64,000 nucleotides of DNA from Peptococcaceae bacterium UBA6116 (GTDB lineage: Bacteria > Bacillota > Desulfitobacteriia > Desulfitobacteriales > Syntrophobotulaceae): positions 45,909 through 109,908 of the forward strand of contig DIWC01000063.1 in the NCBI GenBank assembly GCA_002423425.1. The letters run 5' to 3'. A program made the position numbers and the translations under genes. Below, piece after piece: positions 26,232 to 35,115 of this stretch. A model generated the notes under the pieces. The model was not told where the DNA came from, did no database searches, and was given only the letters and a program-made list of their open reading frames with translations. Each line of letters opens with the position of its first letter. The stretch's first letter is position 1.

Positions 26232-27737
26232 TTATTCTTTACCAAATTGCAAAGTTTGATTCCTTTCAGCAATAATAGCACCAACATTTACCCCATTCAA
26301 TTTAAGATTGTAATTATGCCATTCTTTAAGCCGGGTAACTATTTCCTCTTCATCCTCAGGCAACAGAGTCCTAGGGTCGAAAAGGATTTTTTCCTTAAAT
26401 ATTCTGGCGAGAATAGGGACTCTACCCTGACGAAGAAAACGTTCCAACTCATTATTAGAACCACATTTGGTCTTAACTGCACAGACAACAGTAGGCAGCA
26501 TGGCTGTCGGAAAAGTGCCGCCGCCGACACAAGAAGTGCTATCTAGTATATCCGACTCCAATGACGACATTGGGGAGATTTTCTTTTGAAGGCTTTGAGC
26601 CTCTATTCTAAGTTCATTTATATCTTTTGACAGGATTCGCCAGATAGGAATTTTTGTTATCTCTTTTTTTTGATATAAATATAAAGTTCCTATTAGTGCT
26701 GCCAACGTCAGTTTGTCGACGCGTATTGCCCGCGTGAGCTGATTTATTCTTAACTTTTCAATGAGATCCCTTTTGCCGACAATAATTCCGGCCTGCGGTC
26801 CGCCTAATAATTTGTCCCCACTGAAAGTCACCAATGATACACCGGATTTTACTGCCTCTTGAATTGTCGGTTCCGGCGGGAGGCCAAACTCCGTTCCGTC
26901 CAGAAAACTACCGCTGCCAAGATCCTCTACAACAGGTATTCCTGACTCATCTCCTAGTTGCACTAGTTCTTTGACCGAAACAGAATGTTCAAAACCTTGG
27001 ATTTTGTAATTACTTGTATGTACTTTAAGAAACATTGCAGTGTTATCGTTAACAGCCATACTGTAATCCTTTAACCAAGTTTTATTCGTCGCTCCTACTT
27101 CGACCAGTCTTGCGCCTCCTGCCTTTAATACTTCAGGGATTCGGAAAGACCCGCCTACCTCGACAAGTTCTCCCCTTGATACAATTACTTCTTTTTGGTT
27201 GGCAAAGGTGTTCATAATCAATAATATTGCTGCGGCATTATTGTTAACAACCAGTGACGCTTCAGCCCCAGTCAGCTCCTTAAGCAGCTCCTCTACATGA
27301 CTATACCTTGATCCCCGATTCCCCGTTTCAATATCAAGTTCCAGATTACTGTAATGAACCGCCTGTTGAGCAACGTAATCCGCAACTTCAGGAGCGAGAA
27401 TCGCTCGGCCGCAATTGGTATGAAGAACCACTCCTGTAGCATTTATTACTCTTTTTAAAGTAACATTTAACCCCTTTAGTTCATTTAAAACCTCAGTTAA
27501 AAGCCAATTTCGAAACTCAAGCTTAAATTCATCAGGTTTATATTGCCAAAAAATTTTCTCTCTTGAATTACCCGGTTGTAAGATTTTTGCTCTGGCTTTA
27601 TCTAAAATGTTTCTAACTGCCCAAGTAATCTCCTTGGCATTATAATATTCACTTATTTCACTAATCTCAGCAGCTTCGGCCACGACTTCATGAACTGCGG
27701 GAAGGAGGCGAAATTTAGCAGCCATATCATCTTCCAA
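26232..27737 (-). CDS. selA: L-seryl-tRNA(Sec) selenium transferase SelA
   Basis: 501 aa with VINATGVVLHTNCGRA and the PLP-lysine motif FSGDKLLGGPQAG. The TTG start at 27737 is 6 nt after GAGGTG; an ATG at 27725 is the alternative. Confidence 0.9.
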   Translation of the reverse strand: MEDDMAAKFRLLPAVHEVVAEAAEISEISEYYNAKEITWAVRNILDKARAKILQPGNSREKIFWQYKPDEFKLEFRNWLLTEVLNELKGLNVTLKRVINATGVVLHTNCGRAILAPEVADYVAQQAVHYSNLELDIETGNRGSRYSHVEELLKELTGAEASLVVNNNAAAILLIMNTFANQKEVIVSRGELVEVGGSFRIPEVLKAGGARLVEVGATNKTWLKDYSMAVNDNTAMFLKVHTSNYKIQGFEHSVSVKELVQLGDESGIPVVEDLGSGSFLDGTEFGLPPEPTIQEAVKSGVSLVTFSGDKLLGGPQAGIIVGKRDLIEKLRINQLTRAIRVDKLTLAALIGTLYLYQKKEITKIPIWRILSKDINELRIEAQSLQKKISPMSSLESDILDSTSCVGGGTFPTAMLPTVVCAVKTKCGSNNELERFLRQGRVPILARIFKEKILFDPRTLLPEDEEEIVTRLKEWHNYNLKLNGVNVGAIIAERNQTLQFGKE

Positions 27738-27880
27738 CTAAAACACCTCAAATTCTTCATACTAAGACAAAATACCTGATTATAATTAGTAGTTTTTTTT
27801 AAGATTTCGACACCGCATTTAGATTACTATATTATTATGAAAGTCCCATCGGTATAGTAAGAGTTTAAGGAGAACGAATC

Positions 27881-28072
27881 ATGACTTCGTCGCGAGCAAG
27901 AATCTTAGAATTAGACAGATATAAAAGCAAGAATGCACAGAAATGTATATTTTGCTATAGTTCGGAAGAACTCCGGCTTTTCAAAAAAAGAATAGTATGT
28001 CTTCACTGTCTAAAAAGTATTCGTTCCCTTTATTATGATGGTTTTTTCAATAAAATAAAAGGAGCTAATTAG
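27881..28072 (+). CDS. 63-aa zinc-ribbon protein, possibly Gin/CsfB-like (anti-sigma-G family)
   Basis: CIFC-x14-CLHC spacing resembles my recollection of B. subtilis CsfB (CVIC-x15-CLDC). RBS AAGGAG lies 7 nt upstream of the ATG. Confidence 0.4.
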   Translation: MTSSRARILELDRYKSKNAQKCIFCYSSEELRLFKKRIVCLHCLKSIRSLYYDGFFNKIKGAN

Positions 28073-28084
28073 CTCCTTTTTTTC
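28051..28084. terminator. Bidirectional terminator shared by the convergent Gin-like and mecA genes
   Basis: A perfect 16-nt palindrome GGAGCTAATTAGCTCC (28061-28076) is flanked by an A run and T7. Both stop codons lie inside the stem. Confidence 0.7.
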
Positions 28085-28689
28085 GCAATCCCTTTCAGAA
28101 CTTTAATCGCCTGTTCTTTGATAACAGGTTCGGCATGTTCCTTCAAAAAATCATCTGTCATCATAATTGATTCACCGAATTCATCTAAAATAGCTTCTGC
28201 AATTTTCTTCTTCCTTAGAGTCCCTAAACTCCTAAGAGTTAAATAATACTCCTCTTCATATTCATATAGCGTTGATTGAACATTCGTCAGTGAAGGTAAT
28301 AAACGGACAGCAGAAATCACATCTTCAAATTCAAAAAAAACATAAACCCAGTCCTGCTCGGAATTAACTTTTGAGGCCGGCCTTGCGGTCTTCTTCTTTT
28401 CTTTAAAACTCGTTTGAATTATATGATTTATTTCGGCATCAATTTGATCTTCCTGTTTAATTACAGTGATGACAAATTCATCTTCAGAAGCAACTGTTGC
28501 CTGAATCCAAAAGGGTTGATCAAGATTAAAATCAACCTCTTCACGTGCCTTAGAAATTAATTCCAAAAAGAATTGCTCAGTTCTTGCCGAACGTTGAAAA
28601 AAGTCTGAAAGGGAAATATTGCGGTCTGCCAACTCGGTAAAGGAGATAAAAATGCGAACCGTATTGTCGTTTACCTTAAGAATGCGCAT
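28069..28689 (-). CDS. mecA: Adaptor protein MecA (ClpC adaptor)
   Basis: MRILKVNDNTVRIFISFTELADRNISLSDF is a typical MecA N-domain, and the C-terminal domain is acidic. The ATG at 28689 is preferred over the GTG at 28701. Confidence 0.85.
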   Translation of the reverse strand: MRILKVNDNTVRIFISFTELADRNISLSDFFQRSARTEQFFLELISKAREEVDFNLDQPFWIQATVASEDEFVITVIKQEDQIDAEINHIIQTSFKEKKKTARPASKVNSEQDWVYVFFEFEDVISAVRLLPSLTNVQSTLYEYEEEYYLTLRSLGTLRKKKIAEAILDEFGESIMMTDDFLKEHAEPVIKEQAIKVLKGIAKKRS

Positions 28690-28798
28690 GTATACTTCCA
28701 CTCTCCTTCCCCTTAACCTAACTAAATTAGGGTTAAGAACTCAATTAATTCATATTATAACATAGACAGTCAATACGCATATTCCATAAACTTCCAAG

Positions 28799-29284
28799 CT
28801 AATCATATTTTATTATATGATATCTATCTGCAGCTTGTTGGGTTAATACGATACAACGAAATACCTCTTTTTTTATAGGAAGATAAGAAATTTGAACATA
28901 GTCATCTTTATGAAGCCTTTTAAATGTCTTATTGTCAATGTCAACTGTAAGAATATCTTTACCGTTTTGAAGAGTAACAAAATATTCAGAAGAACTGGAT
29001 TGCCCGTTAACTGGCAAGTCCACAACAATTCCTCGATATTCAGAAGGATAATGAAACCAATCGGCAAAGCTTCCAGCAAACATTTGCGTATAAATAATCA
29101 AAACCACCAGAGTTAGTGTTAACCTCGAACCAACAGTAAACCGTTGGCTTGAGCTTTTCCCTGTATTATACTTCCTAAAAGCAAGATACAACCTTATCCC
29201 GAGAAAAAAATAAACTGCAAAAAGACCGCTAACAGCGGGCCAGCTTATTTTTAACAAAAAGATATAGTAGTCTAAACTGTTCAT
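28799..29284 (-). CDS. Hypothetical membrane protein
   Basis: About 161 aa from the ATG at 29284 (RBS AAAGGAAAG). It has two hydrophobic helices followed by a soluble beta-rich domain, with no recognisable motif. Confidence 0.55.
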   Translation of the reverse strand: MNSLDYYIFLLKISWPAVSGLFAVYFFLGIRLYLAFRKYNTGKSSSQRFTVGSRLTLTLVVLIIYTQMFAGSFADWFHYPSEYRGIVVDLPVNGQSSSSEYFVTLQNGKDILTVDIDNKTFKRLHKDDYVQISYLPIKKEVFRCIVLTQQAADRYHIIKYD

Positions 29285-29350
29285 ATTCTTTCCTTTAAAA
29301 GAGACCCTTAAACTAGAAGTTAAGTCAAAAAGCAATTATAGCTTCGCATT

Positions 29351-29380
29351 TATATAATTTATTTTCTGCCGGCCTGTCAA
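29351..29380 (-). promoter_or_regulatory. Sigma-A-type promoter for the 161-aa membrane protein gene
   Basis: The minus strand has TTGACA (29375-29380), a 17-18 nt spacer and TATATA/TTATAT (29351-29357). Confidence 0.5.
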
Positions 29381-29393
29381 GGTTCTTATAATT

Positions 29394-29432
29394 AAACAAA
29401 AGAATGCTCCTTCATAGAACATTCTTTTGTTT
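29394..29432 (-). terminator. Terminator closing the flagellar/chemotaxis array
   Basis: A 12-13 bp stem (AAACAAAAGAATG with CATTCTTTTGTTT) and a 13-nt loop begin 6 nt after the cheW stop. U/A-rich sequence follows on the minus strand. Confidence 0.6.
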
Positions 29433-29437
29433 TGTTA

Positions 29438-29878
29438 TTATCCAACAAGCTTGATTAAATCCTTGATCTCGTTATCTTCCAGTAAGTTTTCAGGACGAAT
29501 TTGGATAATCATTCTATTAGCGAGGTTAATAATTCCACTGATAAAAGGTACAGTTATTAGAGCAGGCGGGGGTTCAACTTTCTCAAAAGTTCTTATTTCC
29601 TTAACTTCATCAACGGCAATTGCCACAAGGCTGTCATTAATCTCAACAATGATGGCAAAATTGTTCTTGCTCTCGTCCTCTAATCCGAATTTCTTATTTA
29701 AATCAACTAATGGAAGAGCTTGGCCCCTGATATTGATTAAACCTTTAATGTAAGGAGGCGCCTCCGGAAGAGGATGAATATCTATTAAACTGGTAATTTC
29801 TTGGACCATTTCTATAGGAAATCCGTATTCTTCATTGCCGAGGGAAAAAATCACTGTTTGGAACCCCAATGTCCTCAA
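29438..29878 (-). CDS. cheW: Chemotaxis coupling protein CheW (copy 2)
   Basis: 146 aa with FSLGNEEYGFPIEMVQEI...IKGLINIRGQALPLVDL, the typical CheW fold signature. Confidence 0.9.
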   Translation of the reverse strand: MRTLGFQTVIFSLGNEEYGFPIEMVQEITSLIDIHPLPEAPPYIKGLINIRGQALPLVDLNKKFGLEDESKNNFAIIVEINDSLVAIAVDEVKEIRTFEKVEPPPALITVPFISGIINLANRMIIQIRPENLLEDNEIKDLIKLVG

Positions 29879-29894
29879 CCCCTTAACCTGCTAT

Positions 29895-30710
29895 TTAAAC
29901 GCGGCCAACTTCATTGGCAGCTTTTTGCAGCAATGTATCGTTCATTTGGATTATTTTCTGATTGGCAGAATAGGATCGCATGACTTCAAGCATCTTGACC
30001 ATTTGGGCATTCATATCAACATTGGCGTCTTCAACAAAACCCTGCTCAACTCTTATATTTTCGGGAAGCACATCGATTGGCTGGTTGGCCGCCGTGTAAA
30101 GAGTTGTCAGGCCATCCCGTTGAAGATCTTCGGCAGGGATATTAACAATTCGAAGTTTATCAACGTCTGTCTCAATCTTAATTTCACTCGTAGTTCCATC
30201 TACCTTATCAGTTGTCGAAGTTTCAATATTCACTACAGTTCCATCAACTTTAATCTTAAAGTCTTTGGAAAGCGGCCCAATCGGTCCGTTCTTTCCCATT
30301 ACCAGGTTACCCCCCGCAGTCCTTAACATTCCTGAAGGATCAAGCTCAAAATGACCGTTTCTAGTATAACACTCCCCTTGAAGGGTATCAACAACAAAGT
30401 ACCCCGGGGAATTAAAGGCTAAATCGGTATTACTTCCTGTCTCTCTAATTTCGCCGGTTTCTGTACTGTATAATTTCTTTTCGGCATATACTCCTGTCCC
30501 CATAATCCCGAGCGGAACGTTCTCCGCAGGTCCTGTTCCTGAAGTAGACGGGGTCAAGCGGCTGACAAGCAGACGGGGAAAAGACGTGACTCTTTCGCTT
30601 TCTTGCCTGTAACCGGGAGTATTTAAATTCTCCATATTCCGCCCTATCGTATCGCTTCTTTGATTGTCAAGAAGCATCCCCGAAGTGGCTGTGTATAATC
30701 CCCTAATCAA
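29895..30710 (-). CDS. Flagellar basal-body rod protein, FlgF/FlgG (FlhO/FlhP) family
   Basis: A TTG start at 30710 gives (M)IRGLYTATSGM, the canonical rod N-terminus, after a GGGGGGGGAAG RBS. The C-terminus is SYSANQKIIQMNDTLLQKAANEVGRV. Confidence 0.88.
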   Translation of the reverse strand: MIRGLYTATSGMLLDNQRSDTIGRNMENLNTPGYRQESERVTSFPRLLVSRLTPSTSGTGPAENVPLGIMGTGVYAEKKLYSTETGEIRETGSNTDLAFNSPGYFVVDTLQGECYTRNGHFELDPSGMLRTAGGNLVMGKNGPIGPLSKDFKIKVDGTVVNIETSTTDKVDGTTSEIKIETDVDKLRIVNIPAEDLQRDGLTTLYTAANQPIDVLPENIRVEQGFVEDANVDMNAQMVKMLEVMRSYSANQKIIQMNDTLLQKAANEVGRV

Positions 30711-30740
30711 ATAACTTCCCCCCCCTGACAGCAATTATCT

Positions 30741-31151
30741 CTATCCTTTAATTACTTGCTTGAGCAAAGAGAGATGAGATGTTAGCATCGTAACCAGTGC
30801 ATTATAGTGAAGTGTATTTTCAGCAAGCTTGGTCATCTCCGTATCAATATCAACATTATTACCGTCATTACGGATACTTGTACTCTCATCCTTTACCACA
30901 AAATCGGCGGCAGACATTCCTGTAGCAGGAACGCTTCCTGTTGTTGCGTCTTCTTGGGATACTGCAATGTTTTTTTGGTTATCCACGGCAGCCTGCAATA
31001 CTTTTTCAAAATTCACATCTGACCTTTTAAATCCCGGTGTATCAACATTGGCAATGTTATCCGCCAATACCTTTTGGCGCAGACCAAGACCGTCCAGGCC
31101 GCCTTCCAGCAAATTTAATAGTGGCGTATCCAACCAACCAGCCATAATCAT
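30741..31151 (-). CDS. flgB: Flagellar basal-body rod protein FlgB
   Basis: 136 aa with LRQKVLADNIANVDTPGFKRSDVNF and the C-terminal DGNNVDIDTEMTKLAENTLHYNAL. ATGA overlaps the upstream gene. Confidence 0.88.
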   Translation of the reverse strand: MIMAGWLDTPLLNLLEGGLDGLGLRQKVLADNIANVDTPGFKRSDVNFEKVLQAAVDNQKNIAVSQEDATTGSVPATGMSAADFVVKDESTSIRNDGNNVDIDTEMTKLAENTLHYNALVTMLTSHLSLLKQVIKG

Positions 31152-31975
31152 CCCCTCATCGCAATGGCTAAAGTACTCATCTCATTTTGATCCTGAATAA
31201 GCCGTAAATTTAGCTCATAAACCCTCTGCATCTGAACTAAACCGGTCATAGCATTTACTATATCAGTATTCGATCTTTCCAGCGTGGAACCCCTGATAAG
31301 TCCGTAGCCGTCCTCGCCAGCCACTCCTTCAACGGCTTTACCGGAAGTCTGGGTGGGCAAAAAACAATTATTACCAGCAAGTTCTAACCCATCGGGATTG
31401 GAGAACTTAAAGAGTGATATATTGCCGAACGTAGCTATCCCCCTCGCCAGGTCATCAGCATTTTTGTAATAGCTGGAATAATCGTTAGTGTCCGGGGAGT
31501 CTATATTTAAGACTCCCCGGATACTGCCGTTATCATCGACATGAATATTTGAAGCATTGGCAGGTATTCCAATGGGCGGCTCAAGCAGCATCCCTTGGTT
31601 ATTGACAAGGTTACCGGCACTATCGGTACTGAACGTTCCTGCCCGGGTATAAGCGAGACTTCCGTTATCAGTTTTCACTTGAAAAAAGCCATCGCCGTTA
31701 ATAGCCATATCCAAGGGTTTACCTGTATCAGTTAATATGCCTTGGGTAAAATCAAACCTTTTTCCCAAATAAAGGCTGGCCTCAAGGACAGGGTTCTGCG
31801 TAGCGGGCATCCCGCCGTACTGAGCGACCGTATTGTTTTTGTCCTGTGTGTCATAGCTTTCGTTTAAGGAAAGCAATTGTTCCTTAAACCCGGGGGTAAC
31901 GGTATTGGCCATATTATTGGCAATTTTATCGATATTATTTTGCAAGCTCTGGAGGTACACAGACGATAATTTCAT
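31148..31975 (-). CDS. Flagellar basal-body rod protein, FlgF/FlgG (FlhO/FlhP) family
   Basis: 275 aa with the N-terminal IANNMANTVTPGFKE and the C-terminal SNTDIVNAMTGLVQMQRVYELN. Confidence 0.85.
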   Translation of the reverse strand: MKLSSVYLQSLQNNIDKIANNMANTVTPGFKEQLLSLNESYDTQDKNNTVAQYGGMPATQNPVLEASLYLGKRFDFTQGILTDTGKPLDMAINGDGFFQVKTDNGSLAYTRAGTFSTDSAGNLVNNQGMLLEPPIGIPANASNIHVDDNGSIRGVLNIDSPDTNDYSSYYKNADDLARGIATFGNISLFKFSNPDGLELAGNNCFLPTQTSGKAVEGVAGEDGYGLIRGSTLERSNTDIVNAMTGLVQMQRVYELNLRLIQDQNEMSTLAIAMRG

Positions 31976-32128
31976 ATAGCTAACTCCTTTTGCAAATTAT
32001 CCTAAACGCAAACTTTTCGCTAATAGTGTTCCCTTTTTCAGTTGTTTGTGCAATTATTCTCTATAAAAGCCTAAAATCCTGCAATTAATATAAACTTAAT
32101 GCCGAATTAACAGGTCAATTTACCCGGA

Positions 32129-33055
32129 CTAGTTCCGCTTCAGGTCTATCAATTCCTGGAGAAGAGTGTCGGAAACTGTAATAACCCTGGAATTGGCCTG
32201 AAAACCACGCTGGGTTACGATCATGTCCGTAAACTCCTGGGAAAGGTCGACATTGGACATTTCCAGATAGTTGGGGATAATCATGCCCCGTGCGCTGGCA
32301 CCCGGAGCGCCGACATCGGCGGCACCGGAGTTGTTGCTTACGGTATAATAATTATTTCCTTCTGCGGTTAAACCGCCTTCGTTAGGAAAGGTTGCAAGGG
32401 CTATTTTATAGAGCGGTTTGGTCACGGAATTGGTTCCATCGCTATAAACTCCGGTAATTATGCCGTCCTGGCCAATACTATAGCTTTTCAGCTTGTAAGT
32501 GTTATCAATAGCTAATTGTTGACCCAGCTGAAAGTTAATTCCGCCAATAGCAGTTGCGGCACCCCAATTGGCAGCAGCAATAGTAGGCGGAGTACCGGCA
32601 GTTTCTACCGCTCCATTCGTGTAGCCTTGAACCAGTGCTCCGCTGGATGAGTCAATCAAATTGCCGGCTTCATCAAAATCGAAGTTCCCAGTTCGGGTAT
32701 AGAAATCTTTCCCACTCGAATTGAGAATGAACATGCCCTCTCCTTGGATCATCATATCCGTAGCTTTCCCTGTGTACTGGGAACTGCCTTGACCCATGAG
32801 CTTGTCAACGGAACCGAGAATACTGCCCAGACCAATACTGACTCCGTTGGTTCCCCCACATGTCACTAACCCTGTAATATCATCAGTTTTTGGTGCCGAA
32901 GCTCCGCGGATCTGCTGTCCGAGCATGGAAGAAAAACTAGCTCTCTGTCTTTTATATCCGGCGGTATTAACATTGGCAATATTGTTTCCTATGACATCCA
33001 TACTGATCTGTTCGTTTTTCAGACCGGTAATGGCTGAATACAAAGAACGCATCAT
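32129..33055 (-). CDS. flgE: Flagellar hook protein FlgE
   Basis: 308 aa with MMRSLYSAITGLKNEQISMDVIGNNIANVNTAGYK and the C-terminal LEMSNVDLSQEFTDMIVTQRGFQANSRVI. Confidence 0.92.
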   Translation of the reverse strand: MMRSLYSAITGLKNEQISMDVIGNNIANVNTAGYKRQRASFSSMLGQQIRGASAPKTDDITGLVTCGGTNGVSIGLGSILGSVDKLMGQGSSQYTGKATDMMIQGEGMFILNSSGKDFYTRTGNFDFDEAGNLIDSSSGALVQGYTNGAVETAGTPPTIAAANWGAATAIGGINFQLGQQLAIDNTYKLKSYSIGQDGIITGVYSDGTNSVTKPLYKIALATFPNEGGLTAEGNNYYTVSNNSGAADVGAPGASARGMIIPNYLEMSNVDLSQEFTDMIVTQRGFQANSRVITVSDTLLQELIDLKRN

Positions 33056-33091
33056 AAGGCGTTACCTCCTAATATTTTTCTGTTGTTTCTT

Positions 33092-33529
33092 TTAATCCTT
33101 AATCTCGCTGATATTATCCATTGTCAGCGGAGTATCCCCAATCATCAGAGTCAGGGAATCGTCGAGCCACTTAACCGAAGAAATAGTTCCGGTAATTTCC
33201 GTTCCTTCACTGTCTGTACCTACTACATTTTTACCGATCATGGCTGCTCCCTGCGTTAACAAAGATTGGCTGTTTAACTTCACCATACTCTCTTTCAGAT
33301 CACTAATAGCCGTAGCCACATTGCTCATTTGCTCCAAGGAACTGAACTGAGCCATTTGCGATACAAACTGTGAATCATCCATTGGGGACATTGGATCCTG
33401 GTTTTTCAGCTGGGTGATTAAGAGCTTAAGAAAATCATCCTTATTTAATTCCGTAGAATTAGAAATAGTGTCAGTCGAATTAGTACTCGACGTAGATGCC
33501 GAACTGGTTATGTTATTTACTGTACTCAT
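33092..33529 (-). CDS. flgD: Flagellar hook capping/assembly protein FlgD
   Basis: 145 aa with FLKLLITQLKNQDPMSPMD, the conserved FlgD N-motif. Confidence 0.9.
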   Translation of the reverse strand: MSTVNNITSSASTSSTNSTDTISNSTELNKDDFLKLLITQLKNQDPMSPMDDSQFVSQMAQFSSLEQMSNVATAISDLKESMVKLNSQSLLTQGAAMIGKNVVGTDSEGTEITGTISSVKWLDDSLTLMIGDTPLTMDNISEIKD

Positions 33530-33556
33530 ATTTTCCTCCTTTAGTGGCTAAAAATA

Positions 33557-34990
33557 TCAGGCACTGACATTAATCTTATGACCCGGCCAACTAACCGGCA
33601 GATAGGATGTAAATACCGTAGAAACGGTGTTTTCTTCTTCTTGCAGGGCCAATTTTGCCCCTTGTTTATACCGGTAATTATTCCTTCCTGAAGCTGATTG
33701 GTCATTGCCGTTATTGTTGCCCATCTGTAAATTGCCGCAGGCTACCCCTAACTGGGAAAGACTGTTCTTTAATTCCTGCAGACTGTTTTGCAGGATTAAG
33801 CCTGTAGATTGTTCCGATGCATTGAATGTTAAATGAACCTGACCATCTTCCATCCTAACGGAAATATTGACCTTCCCCAAATCTTTGGGTTCCAGTTGAA
33901 TGGAAAGTTCCTTTATATCTTTAGTATTCAGATTCTGATTTTTGAGAGCTTCCAGAACCTGATTCCATACTTTGGCCGAATCGACCGCTTGTCCTTTGTC
34001 AGTAAATATTTTTTCAATACCAAAGATATTATCTGTTCTATTATCAGATGATTTTATTTGTTCAGGAGCAACTATGTTCTTGCTAAAACCGTTCTCTTCT
34101 TCCTTTTTCTCCCCGGTAAATGTTCCTTTCGAATGGCTGCTTTGGGTTGCCGTTAAGGACGGAGAAACTGTTCCCCTGTCGGATGAAGGATCTATTTTCC
34201 TTATCTGAACAGTATCTGAGTTGTTATTCCCTTCTGTTTTGCCCAGACCTACCGAAGGGACTTTGTTTATTCCTGCCTTCTCTGTTGAAATAGTCTTTAT
34301 AGCTTTTACGGTTTGTAAATTTGTGTTTTCTATGACCATAGTGCTCTTGAAATTGCTTGTATTCTCTTTTGTTTTAGCGCCGTTCATATTTGTGTCTTCG
34401 ATCGTTTCAATCGTTTTTGTGTTCCCAGGGTTCTTCATGGTCGCCATGTTTTCCTTGGCTCCGCCCTGCCCAACTGGTTGATCCTTAACAACCTCAATTT
34501 GGCCGGATAACTCTTTTAAGTATTTCACTATTTTTATATATTCTTCCAACTCCGCTGGATCGAGAGAATTGGCTGCCGGACTATTAATCCCTTTAAGTCC
34601 CTGTGCCAATAAGGAGCTTCCCTGTTGCAGCTGATTGTCCTTACTGTTGCTGATGTTAGAAACAAGATCAGACAACGGGAAACTGGTAAAATCTCCAATG
34701 GATCCGGAATTGGCCTCCATGCCTGCCGGAAATAGGTTTTGAAGAACCGGAGCAATAGAACTCCACCCTACTGAGCCTGAAATAATATTATCCGTCCCTC
34801 CTGTAGAGTTATTGTCTGCCGCTTCTTCAGATGTTTGTCCTTCCACCCCTGTCTGAATTCCACAGAAATTTTGCAGTAACAGAGCAAATAATAACTGGTT
34901 TCCACTCAAATCAACTCCGTCTTTGCCCTGAGATTTCTCACTTTTTGTTCTTTCGGAATCCACCGGTGTCAGAACATTGGCTATATCCAT
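33557..34990 (-). CDS. fliK: Flagellar hook-length control protein FliK
   Basis: 477 aa. A low-complexity Asn/Thr/Ser-rich centre is followed by a C-terminal Flg_hook-type domain (LSIQLEPKDLGKVNISVRMEDGQVHLTFNA). Confidence 0.8.
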   Translation of the reverse strand: MDIANVLTPVDSERTKSEKSQGKDGVDLSGNQLLFALLLQNFCGIQTGVEGQTSEEAADNNSTGGTDNIISGSVGWSSIAPVLQNLFPAGMEANSGSIGDFTSFPLSDLVSNISNSKDNQLQQGSSLLAQGLKGINSPAANSLDPAELEEYIKIVKYLKELSGQIEVVKDQPVGQGGAKENMATMKNPGNTKTIETIEDTNMNGAKTKENTSNFKSTMVIENTNLQTVKAIKTISTEKAGINKVPSVGLGKTEGNNNSDTVQIRKIDPSSDRGTVSPSLTATQSSHSKGTFTGEKKEEENGFSKNIVAPEQIKSSDNRTDNIFGIEKIFTDKGQAVDSAKVWNQVLEALKNQNLNTKDIKELSIQLEPKDLGKVNISVRMEDGQVHLTFNASEQSTGLILQNSLQELKNSLSQLGVACGNLQMGNNNGNDQSASGRNNYRYKQGAKLALQEEENTVSTVFTSYLPVSWPGHKINVSA

Positions 34991-35020
34991 CCTTTCACCT
35001 CCTGCCTGCTACTATCTTTT

Positions 35021-35047
35021 ATATCGAAAGATATTTACTATACTTTA
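35021..35047 (-). promoter_or_regulatory. Sigma-28 (SigD/FliA)-type promoter ahead of fliK-flgD-flgE
   Basis: The minus strand has TAAA (35044-35047), a 15-nt spacer and TTCGATAT (35021-35028). The consensus is TAAA-N15-GCCGATAT. Confidence 0.6.
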
Positions 35048-35057
35048 GAAATATATA

Positions 35058-35096
35058 GAAAAAGAAGCGTCTTCTAATCTTTGTGACCGCTTCTTT
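35058..35096 (-). terminator. Candidate terminator after fliA
   Basis: AAAGAAGCG (35061-35069) pairs with CGCTTCTTT (35088-35096), with an 18-nt loop. The U-rich run CUUCUUUUUCU follows on the minus strand, about 20 nt after the fliA stop. Confidence 0.5.
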
Positions 35097-35115
35097 GCAT
35101 AGTTCTGGTGTGGGA

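Noticed and set aside
32060-32128. Possible sigma-28 promoter upstream of the 275-aa rod gene (TAAA-N15-GGCATTAA)
   Set aside because: Only about 5 of 8 positions match in the -10 box, and the critical CGAT core is missing. It is not supportable.
33833-34481. Hydrophobic plus-strand ORFs antisense to fliK (for example 34221-34481)
   Set aside because: They are an artefact of the low-complexity Asn/Thr/Lys-rich fliK centre, whose antisense strand gives Phe/Val/Ile-rich translations. They have no start context.
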